Of a DNA stretch of 64,000 bases, positions 1 through 8,459 are shown piece by piece; positions within the stretch are counted from its first letter, which is position 1, and every line of letters begins with the position of its first letter. Position numbers and translations under genes: made by a program. The notes beneath the pieces are model-generated. The model saw only the letters and a list, made by a program, of their open reading frames with translations, was not told the origin of the DNA and did not search any database. This DNA is from Burkholderiales bacterium. Lineage in GTDB: Bacteria > Pseudomonadota > Gammaproteobacteria > Burkholderiales > JACQAP01. The DNA is taken from positions 8,238 to 72,237 of the forward strand of contig DASYUW010000050.1 of assembly GCA_036000845.1 (NCBI GenBank), read 5' to 3'.

Positions 1-1651
1 CGTCGCGTTCCTCTGAGGGCTGCCACAGGGTGCACCGGGCGTCCGCCTTCCGGAGCCACATGAAGTTTCCGCCGGACTGCGACTGATCCATGCCGTCGAC
101 GCGCAGGGTGTTGTGGGCGGCGGTGCCGCGAAAATAGCGGCGCCACGGGCCTTGCGTGTGGTAGACGTAGGTCCCCGGGTCGATGAGGAACTCTTTACCC
201 CCGACTGACAGGGTGAATGCCAGGGCGTCAGCGTGGCCATGAGCCGCGGTCGTCTGATATCCCAAGGGACCGGCATCGGCGATCAGCCGGATCTCGTTCT
301 CGGTCTCGAAGCCGCAGCCGAGGATGTAGTAACCGCCGTGGGTGAAGGCACGCCGCACCGGTAGCTGAGCCCGGGTGCCATCGAGCAGCTCGAACGTGGA
401 TTCGGTGCCCTCGCCGAAAAGCCAGCGCGTCTTGTCATCCAGCTTTACCGCCTTCGCCTTGAAATCGCCGCGGCGAAACAGGACCGCGCCGGTCGCGAGC
501 AGCGAGCGGAATTTGCAGTGTCCGTCGTCCTGGGCAAGCCGCACGACGAAGGCGTCGTCGGAATCACCGATCATGGGCACGTTGCCGCCGGTATCGATGA
601 TCGACGCGAGATACTCGATCATCGTCTCGATACGCGACTCGTACGCCGCCGAGAATTTCTTCCCGTTCGCCCTTCCGGCCAGCAACGGGAGCAGCAGTAG
701 ATCGAGCTCGAACTGCTGATACGACACAGCCTGCTCGCGATTGACACCGTCCGGGGCGTTCTGCAGCAATGCCTCTCGTTCGAGGATCGCCTTGGCCGCT
801 TCAGTCCACCCGTGCGCCTCCGGCCAAAACGGCCATGTGACGGCTGCGATGAACAATCCCGCTGCTTCGCCGATGAGGTGATTGCCGGCCGATGAGTAAA
901 GCGAGAAGTGCCCGCGGATAAACTGCGCGTGCTGATAGACGGATTCCAGCCACCGTCGGCAGAAGCGCTCGCCCTCGGCGTCCTTGAAGAGCGGCGAGGA
1001 CGCCCCGCCGAGTAGCTGCCAGGCCACGGACCAGTTGATCAGCCTGATCGCCGGCTCGAGCGCGCTCGACCAGTTGGGTCCCATCCGGTAGGGGCAGGAG
1101 GCGAACCAGCTGTCCAGATGCTGGCGGATGACGTCGAAATACCGCGCGTTTCCGCTAAGAGCATAGGCCTGAGCCAGCGTCACGAGATGCAAGTGCCGGT
1201 TAGGTTCCCAGAGATATTTAATATCTCCGACGAGCTCGGGATTACGATAGTTAAGCAGTTTGCCGAAACTCAGCGGCGCTTCGACACCGGTCTTGGGATC
1301 CCGGTTCCAGCGTGGCGGCGAGCCAAGCTCGACGTCCCGCAGGGCAAAGACATCAAACCTGCCCGCGACAATGCGTTCCGCGGCCTGCAGGCAGTGCGCC
1401 GCGTTCGCTTGCGCCGGCGTGCGAATCCAGGGGCGGGATGCGCGCGTGACATCCGGGGGCGGGACAGCTGCGGAGCCCAAGAGGCCCCAACGCTCCCCCT
1501 GCATCGCCAGCGCTCGCAGTACGCGATGGTGTATTTCCGCGTACGTCATGCAGCGCAAACGGTTGACGTACCAGAACAGCCGTTCGGTCACGCCGGCGGT
1601 GAAGGAATACCGCAGCCGCCAGCGCGCGTCGACAACGTCATGCTCAAGCAT
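1..1651 (-). CDS. Heparinase II/III-family (alginate-lyase-like N-domain) protein, 5' part; C-terminus lies beyond window start
   Basis: Not in the ORF track because it runs off the edge. My translation of the minus strand from ATG 1651 reads MLEHDVVDARWRLRYSFTAGVTERLFWYVNRLRCMTYAEIHHRV... It contains WEPNRHLHL, LEPAIRLINW, SSAGNHLIGEAAGL, AAHGHADALAF and GTAAHNTLRVDG, a pattern I associate with heparinase II/III-like proteins of EPS loci. The start overlaps the upstream asnB-like stop by 8 nt. Confidence 0.7.
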   Translation of the reverse strand, partial: MLEHDVVDARWRLRYSFTAGVTERLFWYVNRLRCMTYAEIHHRVLRALAMQGERWGLLGSAAVPPPDVTRASRPWIRTPAQANAAHCLQAAERIVAGRFDVFALRDVELGSPPRWNRDPKTGVEAPLSFGKLLNYRNPELVGDIKYLWEPNRHLHLVTLAQAYALSGNARYFDVIRQHLDSWFASCPYRMGPNWSSALEPAIRLINWSVAWQLLGGASSPLFKDAEGERFCRRWLESVYQHAQFIRGHFSLYSSAGNHLIGEAAGLFIAAVTWPFWPEAHGWTEAAKAILEREALLQNAPDGVNREQAVSYQQFELDLLLLPLLAGRANGKKFSAAYESRIETMIEYLASIIDTGGNVPMIGDSDDAFVVRLAQDDGHCKFRSLLATGAVLFRRGDFKAKAVKLDDKTRWLFGEGTESTFELLDGTRAQLPVRRAFTHGGYYILGCGFETENEIRLIADAGPLGYQTTAAHGHADALAFTLSVGGKEFLIDPGTYVYHTQGPWRRYFRGTAAHNTLRVDGMDQSQSGGNFMWLRKADARCTLWQPSEERD

Positions 1652-3512
1652 ATTGTCGATGCCAGATTTCAAGGTTCAGCAGGGTCCATAGCAGCTTTTC
1701 GTGGTTTTGCCTGCCGTTCAGGTGCTCAGCCAGTACCTGGTCGAGAGTCCGAGCATCGTAATAGGCCCGGGTCATCGACGATGCGCTCTGCAGGTGATCC
1801 ACAAGGTACTCACGCATCTCGCCGCGGAACCATTCATTGACCGGGACCCGGAAGCCCACCTTGGGGCGCGTCAGGATGCGCTCCGGAATCAGCTGCTTGC
1901 CCGCTTCCCGCAATATCCACTTTCCGCACCAACCCCTGACGCGCAAGTTGTCGGGCAGCGAGGAAACGAACGCGGCCAGCTCGTGATCAAGAAAGGGGAC
2001 GCGCGCCTCTATCGAGGCGGCCATGGTCATACGATCTCCGCGCTCGAGCAGATTATCCGGCAGCCAACTCGTCTGGTCGAAGTAGAGGATGCGCCTCAGC
2101 GCGCTCGCACGCGGGTCCGCGTCGAACGGCGGCGCATCGTTGACCGGCGTACCATTCAGCCGCAGGACCGAGAGCCGGTCGCGTTCGGTACGATTGAGGG
2201 CGCCGAACCAGCGCACGTAACGCTCGCGCCAGTCCTCGATGTTCAGGTTCGTTACGGCCGTCTTGATCCTGCGAAATTCGTAGGGGAGCGCGTGGGTGAG
2301 CGGCTCTATGAAGCGGTGGCGCAGGTAGCCCGGGAGCAGCTGATAGCCCTGAGTAAATCGCTCGACAACGTGCTTGGGATAACCCCCGAGAATTTCGTCG
2401 CTGCCCTCCCCCGTCAGTACCATCTTGACGCTGCGGGCGGCTTCGCACGCCAGCATGTATATCGGGATGTCCGAGGGTTCGGACACCGGCGCATCCCGGA
2501 ACGCGACCAGTCGTGGAAGCCGATCGATGATGTCGCGGTTTGCCACCACGATTTCGTGGTGCTCGGTCCCGAGATGTGTCGCGACCTCGGCTGCGTAGCC
2601 AAGTTCGCTGTAGCTGTCTTCCGCGAAGCCCACCGAGAACGTCTTGACCATCGCGTTGTGACGGCTCATGAGCGCCACGATGGTCGAGGAGTCGAGACCG
2701 CCGGACAGGAAGGCGCCGAACGGCACGTCGCTCACCATCTGCAGCTTGACGGCCTCGTCCAGCCGGGACAGGAAGGTTTCGACGATATCGCGTTGCGGCT
2801 GCTGGCAATGACGCAGGCTGCGGTCCGGAGCCGACCAGTAGCGTTTCTCCTTGAGCTTCCCGCGTTCCCATGTGGCGGCGGTTCCCGGCATCAATTTCCG
2901 GATCCCGGAGAACAGGGTTTTCGGGCCCGGCACGTAGCGATAGGCGAGATAGTCCCAGACGGCCTCCAGGTCCACTGAAGGCTTGATGCCCGGGATGCGC
3001 AGCAGTGCCTTGATCTCCGAGGCGAAGTACAGCCCGCTCTCGTCTTCCCAGAAATACAGCGGCTTCTCGCCGAAGCGGTCCCGTGCCAGGAACAGGCGTT
3101 CGTTGCGCGCGTCCCAGATCGCGAACGCAAACATGCCGCGCAGGTGATGGACGACCTCGCCTTCCCAGTGTTGGTAGGCGCGCAGCAGCACTTCGGTGTC
3201 GGAGTCGCGCGTGAAGCGGTAACCGAGCCGGCTCAATTCGTCGCGCAGCTCGCGGAAGTTGTAGATCTCCCCGTTGAAGGTCAGCGCAAGGCCGGCATCC
3301 GTGTCGCACATAGGCTGATGCGCTCCTTCCGGATCGATGATTGCCAGCCGTCTGTGCCCGAGAAATACGTGGTGTCCGGTGCCGGCACAGCGGAAGTGGC
3401 AGGTGCCCTCGTCGTCCGGCCCGCGATGGGCGATCGCCTGCAGCATCGACGCGAGCGTGTCCGCCGCGAGCGCGCGCTCTGGTGTAGCTATCCATCCCGC
3501 GATTCCGCACAT
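1644..3512 (-). CDS. Asparagine synthase (glutamine-hydrolysing) family amidotransferase, exosortase-locus paralog 1
   Basis: Track ORF is 1644..3590. The N-terminal nucleophile motif MCGIAGW begins at 3512, directly after the stop of the upstream GT gene. It has a class-II GATase N-domain, the SGGLDSS PP-loop and a C-terminal Asn-synthase domain. Confidence 0.9.
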   Translation of the reverse strand: MCGIAGWIATPERALAADTLASMLQAIAHRGPDDEGTCHFRCAGTGHHVFLGHRRLAIIDPEGAHQPMCDTDAGLALTFNGEIYNFRELRDELSRLGYRFTRDSDTEVLLRAYQHWEGEVVHHLRGMFAFAIWDARNERLFLARDRFGEKPLYFWEDESGLYFASEIKALLRIPGIKPSVDLEAVWDYLAYRYVPGPKTLFSGIRKLMPGTAATWERGKLKEKRYWSAPDRSLRHCQQPQRDIVETFLSRLDEAVKLQMVSDVPFGAFLSGGLDSSTIVALMSRHNAMVKTFSVGFAEDSYSELGYAAEVATHLGTEHHEIVVANRDIIDRLPRLVAFRDAPVSEPSDIPIYMLACEAARSVKMVLTGEGSDEILGGYPKHVVERFTQGYQLLPGYLRHRFIEPLTHALPYEFRRIKTAVTNLNIEDWRERYVRWFGALNRTERDRLSVLRLNGTPVNDAPPFDADPRASALRRILYFDQTSWLPDNLLERGDRMTMAASIEARVPFLDHELAAFVSSLPDNLRVRGWCGKWILREAGKQLIPERILTRPKVGFRVPVNEWFRGEMREYLVDHLQSASSMTRAYYDARTLDQVLAEHLNGRQNHEKLLWTLLNLEIWHRQYA

Positions 3513-3513
3513 G

Positions 3514-4656
3514 TCAGGCTGCCTCGCGCAGCCGACTTGCCGGCGTGCTCGCTCGGGCGCCGACGCCAGCCGGCAGGCCAAGGCCGGCATAGATTTCTTC
3601 CAGTTGCGGGATCACCCGGTCGGCTGCGAAGCGGAGCCGCACGGCCTCACGCGCGGCCGACGCGATGCGCGTCCCAAATTCCGGATCGTGCATCAGCCCG
3701 CGCAGCAGCCGCTCGAGCGTCGCGGTATCGCCAGGATTGAACAGAAGCCCGTTGACCCCGTCGGTCACGACGTCGGGAATGCCGCCCACCGCGGCCGCGA
3801 CGACCGGCACACCCACCGCCATTGCCTCCAGCAGACTCATCGGCAATCCTTCCGCAAGGGAAGGCAGAACAAAGGCCGTGGCGCCGCACATCAATGATTG
3901 CTTTTCGATCGGCCCGATCCAGCCGGGGAGGCTGACCGCATCTTCGATACCAAGCCGCCTGGCGTAGCGCGCAACGGACTCGAGATCCCCCTCACCGGCG
4001 CAAACGAGCTTGATGTCGGGAATCCGCGCCCGCAGCGTGGCGATCGCATCGAGCAGATCGAAGATCCCCTTTCCGCGTTCGAGGCGTCCGAGAAACAGCA
4101 CGACATTCCTGCAACGCGGCGCGCGGCCCTCCTCGACCACCGGCACCGGATTGGAAATGCAGACGATCCTCTGGTTTTCTGTCACCCTGCTGATCCAGGT
4201 CCGCCAGCGGTCGGACAAAACTATTACGCACACTGCCCGTCCGAGGAAAAAGCGGATGATCCGGCGCTGCGCTACGCCGCATTCCGCCTCGTAGAACTGT
4301 GCGAACCCTCCGCCGTGCAAATGAAAGATAAACGGGCATTTCGCTAGCATTCCAATCGTCATGAAAATCGCCTTGCGCCAGAAGCTCGCGCGCGAAGCGC
4401 TGTGCACATGGATAATCACGCGCCGCTCCCGGGCAAGAAGCAGGATGAACTTGAGCAGCGCCTTGACGGCGGTGAGCAGCTTGCGTAACGGGCCGCCATC
4501 GCAGTGGGTTGGGACGTAGTCGATCGGCCAGCGCTCGAAGAGGCCGTGCGCCCGGTAGGCATTGACGACCGCGGCGATGCCGCCCCGCGTTTCAAACGAG
4601 GTCCCGAGCATGATGAGGCGTCGGTACCCGGGCGTCGGCATGGGGGTCGGCGTCAT
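3514..4656 (-). CDS. Glycosyltransferase family 4 (GT-B, retaining)
   Basis: 380 aa. The C-terminal EGLPMSLLEAMAVGVPVVAAAVGGIPDVV motif is typical of GT4. ATGA start/stop overlap with the upstream gene. Confidence 0.85.
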   Translation of the reverse strand: MTPTPMPTPGYRRLIMLGTSFETRGGIAAVVNAYRAHGLFERWPIDYVPTHCDGGPLRKLLTAVKALLKFILLLARERRVIIHVHSASRASFWRKAIFMTIGMLAKCPFIFHLHGGGFAQFYEAECGVAQRRIIRFFLGRAVCVIVLSDRWRTWISRVTENQRIVCISNPVPVVEEGRAPRCRNVVLFLGRLERGKGIFDLLDAIATLRARIPDIKLVCAGEGDLESVARYARRLGIEDAVSLPGWIGPIEKQSLMCGATAFVLPSLAEGLPMSLLEAMAVGVPVVAAAVGGIPDVVTDGVNGLLFNPGDTATLERLLRGLMHDPEFGTRIASAAREAVRLRFAADRVIPQLEEIYAGLGLPAGVGARASTPASRLREAA

Positions 4657-6092
4657 CCCTTCACGGCTGCGCCAAAATAACCGCTGATGTCGAGGTGCTG
4701 GATCAGCATCTGGAACTTGCCCCGTGTCGTGCGCTCGATCCGCTCGACGCGCACGATTCTCGCCTCGCAGCTACCCTGGGTCTTGTCCCGGATCGCCGCG
4801 GCGATGCGCCGCTGCATTCCGACCGGCGGCGTGGCGGCCGTCACGATCTTCAGGGTCACCTCCCCCGGCCGCTCCTGCTCGTACTGGATGGCCTCGACCT
4901 CGGAGAGCTCGGGAAAATGCGCGGCCCCGAGAGTGGTGATCGAAATCAAACGATGGTCCTTGCACACCAGAAATTCCTGCAGCCTTCCCTCGATGCGTTC
5001 GCACACCGGATATCCGGGGAGCCTCGCGTGCTCCCGGTCGCTCAGCACCGCGACATCGCCAGTGCGGTAACGCACGAACGGCATCACTTTGTTGTCGAAA
5101 CTGGTGCCGACGACGTAGCCGAGCACGCCCGGCCGCGTAATCGGCCAGCCGTCGGCGTCCAGCAGCTCGAACCAGCCGTACTGGGGCCAGAAAAAATAGC
5201 GGTCGTCATCAGGCATCGAAGCGGCCATCAGCACCCGCTCGGAGTGCCCATAATGCTTGAGCACCGGGCAGCGGAACACTTCGCGGAACATCCGCATCTG
5301 GAAGCCGTAGACGTTCTCCGAATACAGCATCACGCCCTTTACGCCGCCGGTGAACTCGGGCAGAGGATTTGCCGCCAGCCAGCGCGCGAGCGGATACAGT
5401 GCGGAAGGATAGGCTTCGATGAATGCCGGCCGGTGGCGCGCGAGCGCTGCCGTGTAGCGCGGCATATAGCGCTTTTCCAGGTGGTCCGAGCTGAGGATCA
5501 GGTGCCGTTTGATCGGTTCAACCATCCACAGGCTGCCGTCGGGCCGCGCGGCGCTCGGCACGGAGCGACCCCGTATTGCCAGCGTCAGATCGTTCGGGCC
5601 GGCGCCGACTCGATCGCGGAAATCCTGGATGAACGCATACTCCTTTGGCCGCGACAAGTGCTTCTGAAGGTAAAATTGCATTGGGTTGTGGGTGGAGCCG
5701 CCGGTAAATACCTCGAGCCGCTGCGAGGCCGGCATCGCGCTCGACAGGTAGCGGAGGGGGTCGCGCTTGATGTCCATCCTGTCCGTGACGGGCAGCAGTG
5801 CCAGAATCTGCCGTGGGTCGTCGTGACGAGCGAGTAGCGCGCGGAATTGGCGGTAGGCGGGCACAGTCTGAATCGCCCATCGTAAATTCTCCTCCAGCTT
5901 TTGCAGCGCGAGGCGCATGGCGGCGTCGCCCGGCGACGACGCGATCTCATCCCGGAAGGTGTCGTAGGCGCCGCCCCATCGGACCACTCGCGGAAGCCAG
6001 GCGTAGGCACGCGCCGCCGCCGCCGCCCTCAGCCAGTTTGGCGCCTCGAGGTAATGTCTCAGCAGCGGGTACAGGAAATCTTCAATCGACAT
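4653..6092 (-). CDS. CapK / phenylacetate-CoA-ligase-like adenylate-forming enzyme
   Basis: Track ORF is 4653..6239. I prefer ATG 6092 (MSIEDFLYPLL), which gives about 479 aa. FTGGSTHNP sits in the P-loop position and VRYRTGD lies near the C-terminus. This type is common in capsule/EPS loci. The start is uncertain. Confidence 0.65.
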   Translation of the reverse strand: MSIEDFLYPLLRHYLEAPNWLRAAAAARAYAWLPRVVRWGGAYDTFRDEIASSPGDAAMRLALQKLEENLRWAIQTVPAYRQFRALLARHDDPRQILALLPVTDRMDIKRDPLRYLSSAMPASQRLEVFTGGSTHNPMQFYLQKHLSRPKEYAFIQDFRDRVGAGPNDLTLAIRGRSVPSAARPDGSLWMVEPIKRHLILSSDHLEKRYMPRYTAALARHRPAFIEAYPSALYPLARWLAANPLPEFTGGVKGVMLYSENVYGFQMRMFREVFRCPVLKHYGHSERVLMAASMPDDDRYFFWPQYGWFELLDADGWPITRPGVLGYVVGTSFDNKVMPFVRYRTGDVAVLSDREHARLPGYPVCERIEGRLQEFLVCKDHRLISITTLGAAHFPELSEVEAIQYEQERPGEVTLKIVTAATPPVGMQRRIAAAIRDKTQGSCEARIVRVERIERTTRGKFQMLIQHLDISGYFGAAVKG

Positions 6093-6408
6093 CGGTCCGC
6101 CGTACCGCGCTCGACGCGGTGAAACAACCCGCTCCCCAGCCGTTACGGCCGCCACAGCCGCTGGCGTTCCTTGCAAAGGCCCGGGATCGAACGCCCACTT
6201 CACATCGACAAAACAGCCGTGGCTGACAACCTTCCGCATGTAGGCTGACGCCGGCAGTTCGAGAAGCTACCATCCCCGCCGGTCGGCCGGCGTCGGACGC
6301 GCCGGCCGGTCAGCGCGCACCATCCAACTTCTCGATTACTTTCAGCAAATTGAGCCCGCGGGGCAAATGCCGCGACGAGCAACTTGATTGTGGCCCTCCG
6401 AAATGAAG

Positions 6409-6437
6409 AGTCCGTGATTCGGTGCAGGCCGATAGAA
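6409..6437. repeat. 29-nt direct repeat, copy A (AGTCCGTGATTCGGTGCAGGCCGATAGAA)
   Basis: 24/29 identical to 8249..8277. The two copies bracket the Ig/CBM-like gene. Confidence 0.7.
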
Positions 6438-6570
6438 CTATGCTCCGCGCCAAACTCGCGATTGATCCAGTCCAGATCGGGTGTGCTGGAATATCGCGAT
6501 TCAAGCGACGACCGGATATTCCGGGGAGTATTCCTTCGGCCGACGGCCCGCCCAGGGTGACCGGCTCTCC

Positions 6571-8187
6571 TCATGGGCGGGCGTCGAAAGCATCCACCAC
6601 GATGTAGGCGCTGCTCGAGGCCGCGTTCTTCCGGCCCGTCACTTCGATCGTCAGCGTATGGGTCCCGGCGGCAAGGCCCGACGTCCTGAAGATGGTGTCC
6701 TGGAGCCCGTCCGTAGGGGAATACGTATCGATCTCCGTCACGAAGGCTCCATCCAGGTATACGCGAGCGATCCCGGTCGTGCTTTTACGGCTGCCGATCC
6801 AGCTGACCGACGTCCCGCTGAAGGTGAACGTCGCTTGCGCGCCCGGCTCGCCGGATACCGTGACGGTCCTCATGCTCCACGCCCGGTTGAAGTTGCCCTG
6901 GTCCCAATTGCCGGTGTAGGTGATGGACGGATCTGTCTCTTCGAAGCGCCTTCCCAGCGTAGTTACGAGGAACGCATCCACCACGACCCGAGTACCCGTC
7001 GAATTCGCGTTCTTCCGGCCCGTCGCCTCGATCGTCAACGTATGGTTTGCATCGGCCATGGTCGGCGACGTGAAGACGATGGCCTGGACACGCTGGCCCG
7101 GATTGTACAGATCGACCTCGCCAGCGAAGCTGCCATCCAGGTATACGCTGGCGATTCCGGCATCGGGCCCGCGATAGCCGATCCAGCTGATCGAAGTTCC
7201 GATGAATGGCAACCTGGCTCGCGCGCCGGGCGTGGTCGAGTCCGTGGCGAACCAGCTACTCCACGGTTTGCTGTTGTCCCACGGGGTCCAGCCGGTGGTG
7301 AAGGACAGGTCTGGATCCGTATCCTGCAACTGCGAAACTACCGGTGCGGGCACGTCGAATGCATCCACCACGACCAGGGCCAACGGCGAACTGGCGGCCT
7401 GCGAATCACCGTTCTTCCGTCCGGTGGCTTCGATCGTCAACGTATGGCTGCTGTTGGTCAGGCCGCTCGCCGTGAAGATGGGCACGTGGATCTCGTTCGA
7501 CCTCATAAACATGTCGACTTCGGATACAAAGACTCCATCCACGAACACGCGAGCGATGCCGCTATCGTAGCCACGCATGCCGATCCATGTGACCGAGGTC
7601 CCGGTGAAGGTGAACGTGGCTTGCGCGCCCGGCGTCATGGATTCCGCGGCTGCCCCCCCGCTCCAGGCATACCAGCCGGTCCCGCGGAAATCGTCATCAC
7701 GCCGATTCCAACCGATACCGTAGCGCACCGACGCATCCGTTTCTTCATAGCGCTTTACCGCCTCCGGTGGCGGGGGAGCATTGGAAATCGTGATCGTTAC
7801 CGGCGCCGAGGTGGTCTGGTTTCCTGCGGCATCGCGGGCCACCGCCGTCAGAGTGTACGACCCATCCGGGATATTGTTCGTGTACGCGGTTGCCGTGTAG
7901 GGAGGAAAGTTGTCCTCCGCGTCGAAGTTGATTCCGTTGTACTTGAACTGGACACCCGCGACACCGACATTATCGGAGGCGTCGGCCGTCACGGTGATCG
8001 TGCCGGAAACAGTCGCCCCGGACGCGGGCGAGGTGATTCTGACCGTCGGCGGAGTGTTGTCCGGGCTGGCGCACGTTAAGCCTGGAATGCATGGCAGTAG
8101 CTGTGCGGAAGCCTGGGGCGGGATCCAGGCCAGGCTGATAATCACTAATGGGGCCGCCGCACAAACACCTTTCACAATTTTCAACAT
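6571..8187 (-). CDS. Secreted protein: signal peptide + Ig-like domain + three tandem carbohydrate-binding-module-like repeats
   Basis: 538 aa. N-terminus is MLKIVKGVCAAAPLVIISLAWIPPQASA. The Ig-like segment is PPTVRITSPASGATVSGTITVTADASDNVGVAGVQF. Three repeats of about 125 aa follow, each with ATFTFtGTSvsWIG...GIArVylDG...HTLTIEaTGRKN...VVVDAF. No catalytic domain is recognisable. Confidence 0.8.
   Translation of the reverse strand: MLKIVKGVCAAAPLVIISLAWIPPQASAQLLPCIPGLTCASPDNTPPTVRITSPASGATVSGTITVTADASDNVGVAGVQFKYNGINFDAEDNFPPYTATAYTNNIPDGSYTLTAVARDAAGNQTTSAPVTITISNAPPPPEAVKRYEETDASVRYGIGWNRRDDDFRGTGWYAWSGGAAAESMTPGAQATFTFTGTSVTWIGMRGYDSGIARVFVDGVFVSEVDMFMRSNEIHVPIFTASGLTNSSHTLTIEATGRKNGDSQAASSPLALVVVDAFDVPAPVVSQLQDTDPDLSFTTGWTPWDNSKPWSSWFATDSTTPGARARLPFIGTSISWIGYRGPDAGIASVYLDGSFAGEVDLYNPGQRVQAIVFTSPTMADANHTLTIEATGRKNANSTGTRVVVDAFLVTTLGRRFEETDPSITYTGNWDQGNFNRAWSMRTVTVSGEPGAQATFTFSGTSVSWIGSRKSTTGIARVYLDGAFVTEIDTYSPTDGLQDTIFRTSGLAAGTHTLTIEVTGRKNAASSSAYIVVDAFDARP
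6580..7752 (-). repeat. Three tandem ~380-bp intragenic repeats encoding the CBM-like modules
   Basis: The protein repeats cover aa 146-279, 286-407 and 414-536. The DNA-level similarity is visible, e.g. gcatccaccacga...ttcttccggcccgtc.c.tcgatcgtca.cgtatgg recurs three times. Confidence 0.8.
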
Positions 8188-8248
8188 GCATTGTCCCCTT
8201 CGAAGAGCGTTGAGACAGTCAACGTGATCATGACCGTCCTATATTGAG

Positions 8249-8277
8249 TGTCCGTGATCCGCGGCAGGCCGATTGAA
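8249..8277. repeat. 29-nt direct repeat, copy B (TGTCCGTGATCCGCGGCAGGCCGATTGAA)
   Basis: Lies 62-90 nt upstream of the Ig/CBM-like gene start. 24/29 identical to 6409..6437. Confidence 0.7.
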
Positions 8278-8459
8278 TGACGATCCCTGGAATCCCTGGT
8301 TACTCGTTACGGGGATTGTCGATCCTCAATGTGTATTTCCTGGGTGTCTGCCATGGTCCAGATGGACATTCGCACTCCCTGCGGGTTCTGCCCGTCCGGG
8401 GGCTTGCGTTCCTTACGACGCGGCATCATTCATCCCGCATTCAATAAATCCTGGTCCCC

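Noticed and set aside
1118-1840. Plus-strand ORFs 375..719, 1118..1840 and 1260..1691 over the first 1.8 kb
   Set aside because: They are antisense or out of frame to a much better minus-strand reading frame (the heparinase-like protein). That frame has recognisable motifs and is missing from the track only because it runs off the window. Their products are Arg/Ala/Pro-rich, the usual high-GC shadow-ORF composition.
1701-3510. Long ORFs 1701..2978 (+, 425 aa) and 2053..3510 (-, 485 aa) overlapping the first asnB-like gene
   Set aside because: They are shadow frames of a clearly conserved AsnB-family CDS. They have no motifs and an extreme Arg/Gly/Pro content.
6481-8079. 532-aa plus-strand ORF antisense to the Ig/CBM-like gene
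   Set aside because: It mirrors the internal repeats of the real gene on the opposite strand. Its composition (Arg/Gly/Asp-rich, no hydrophobic core pattern) is not protein-like.
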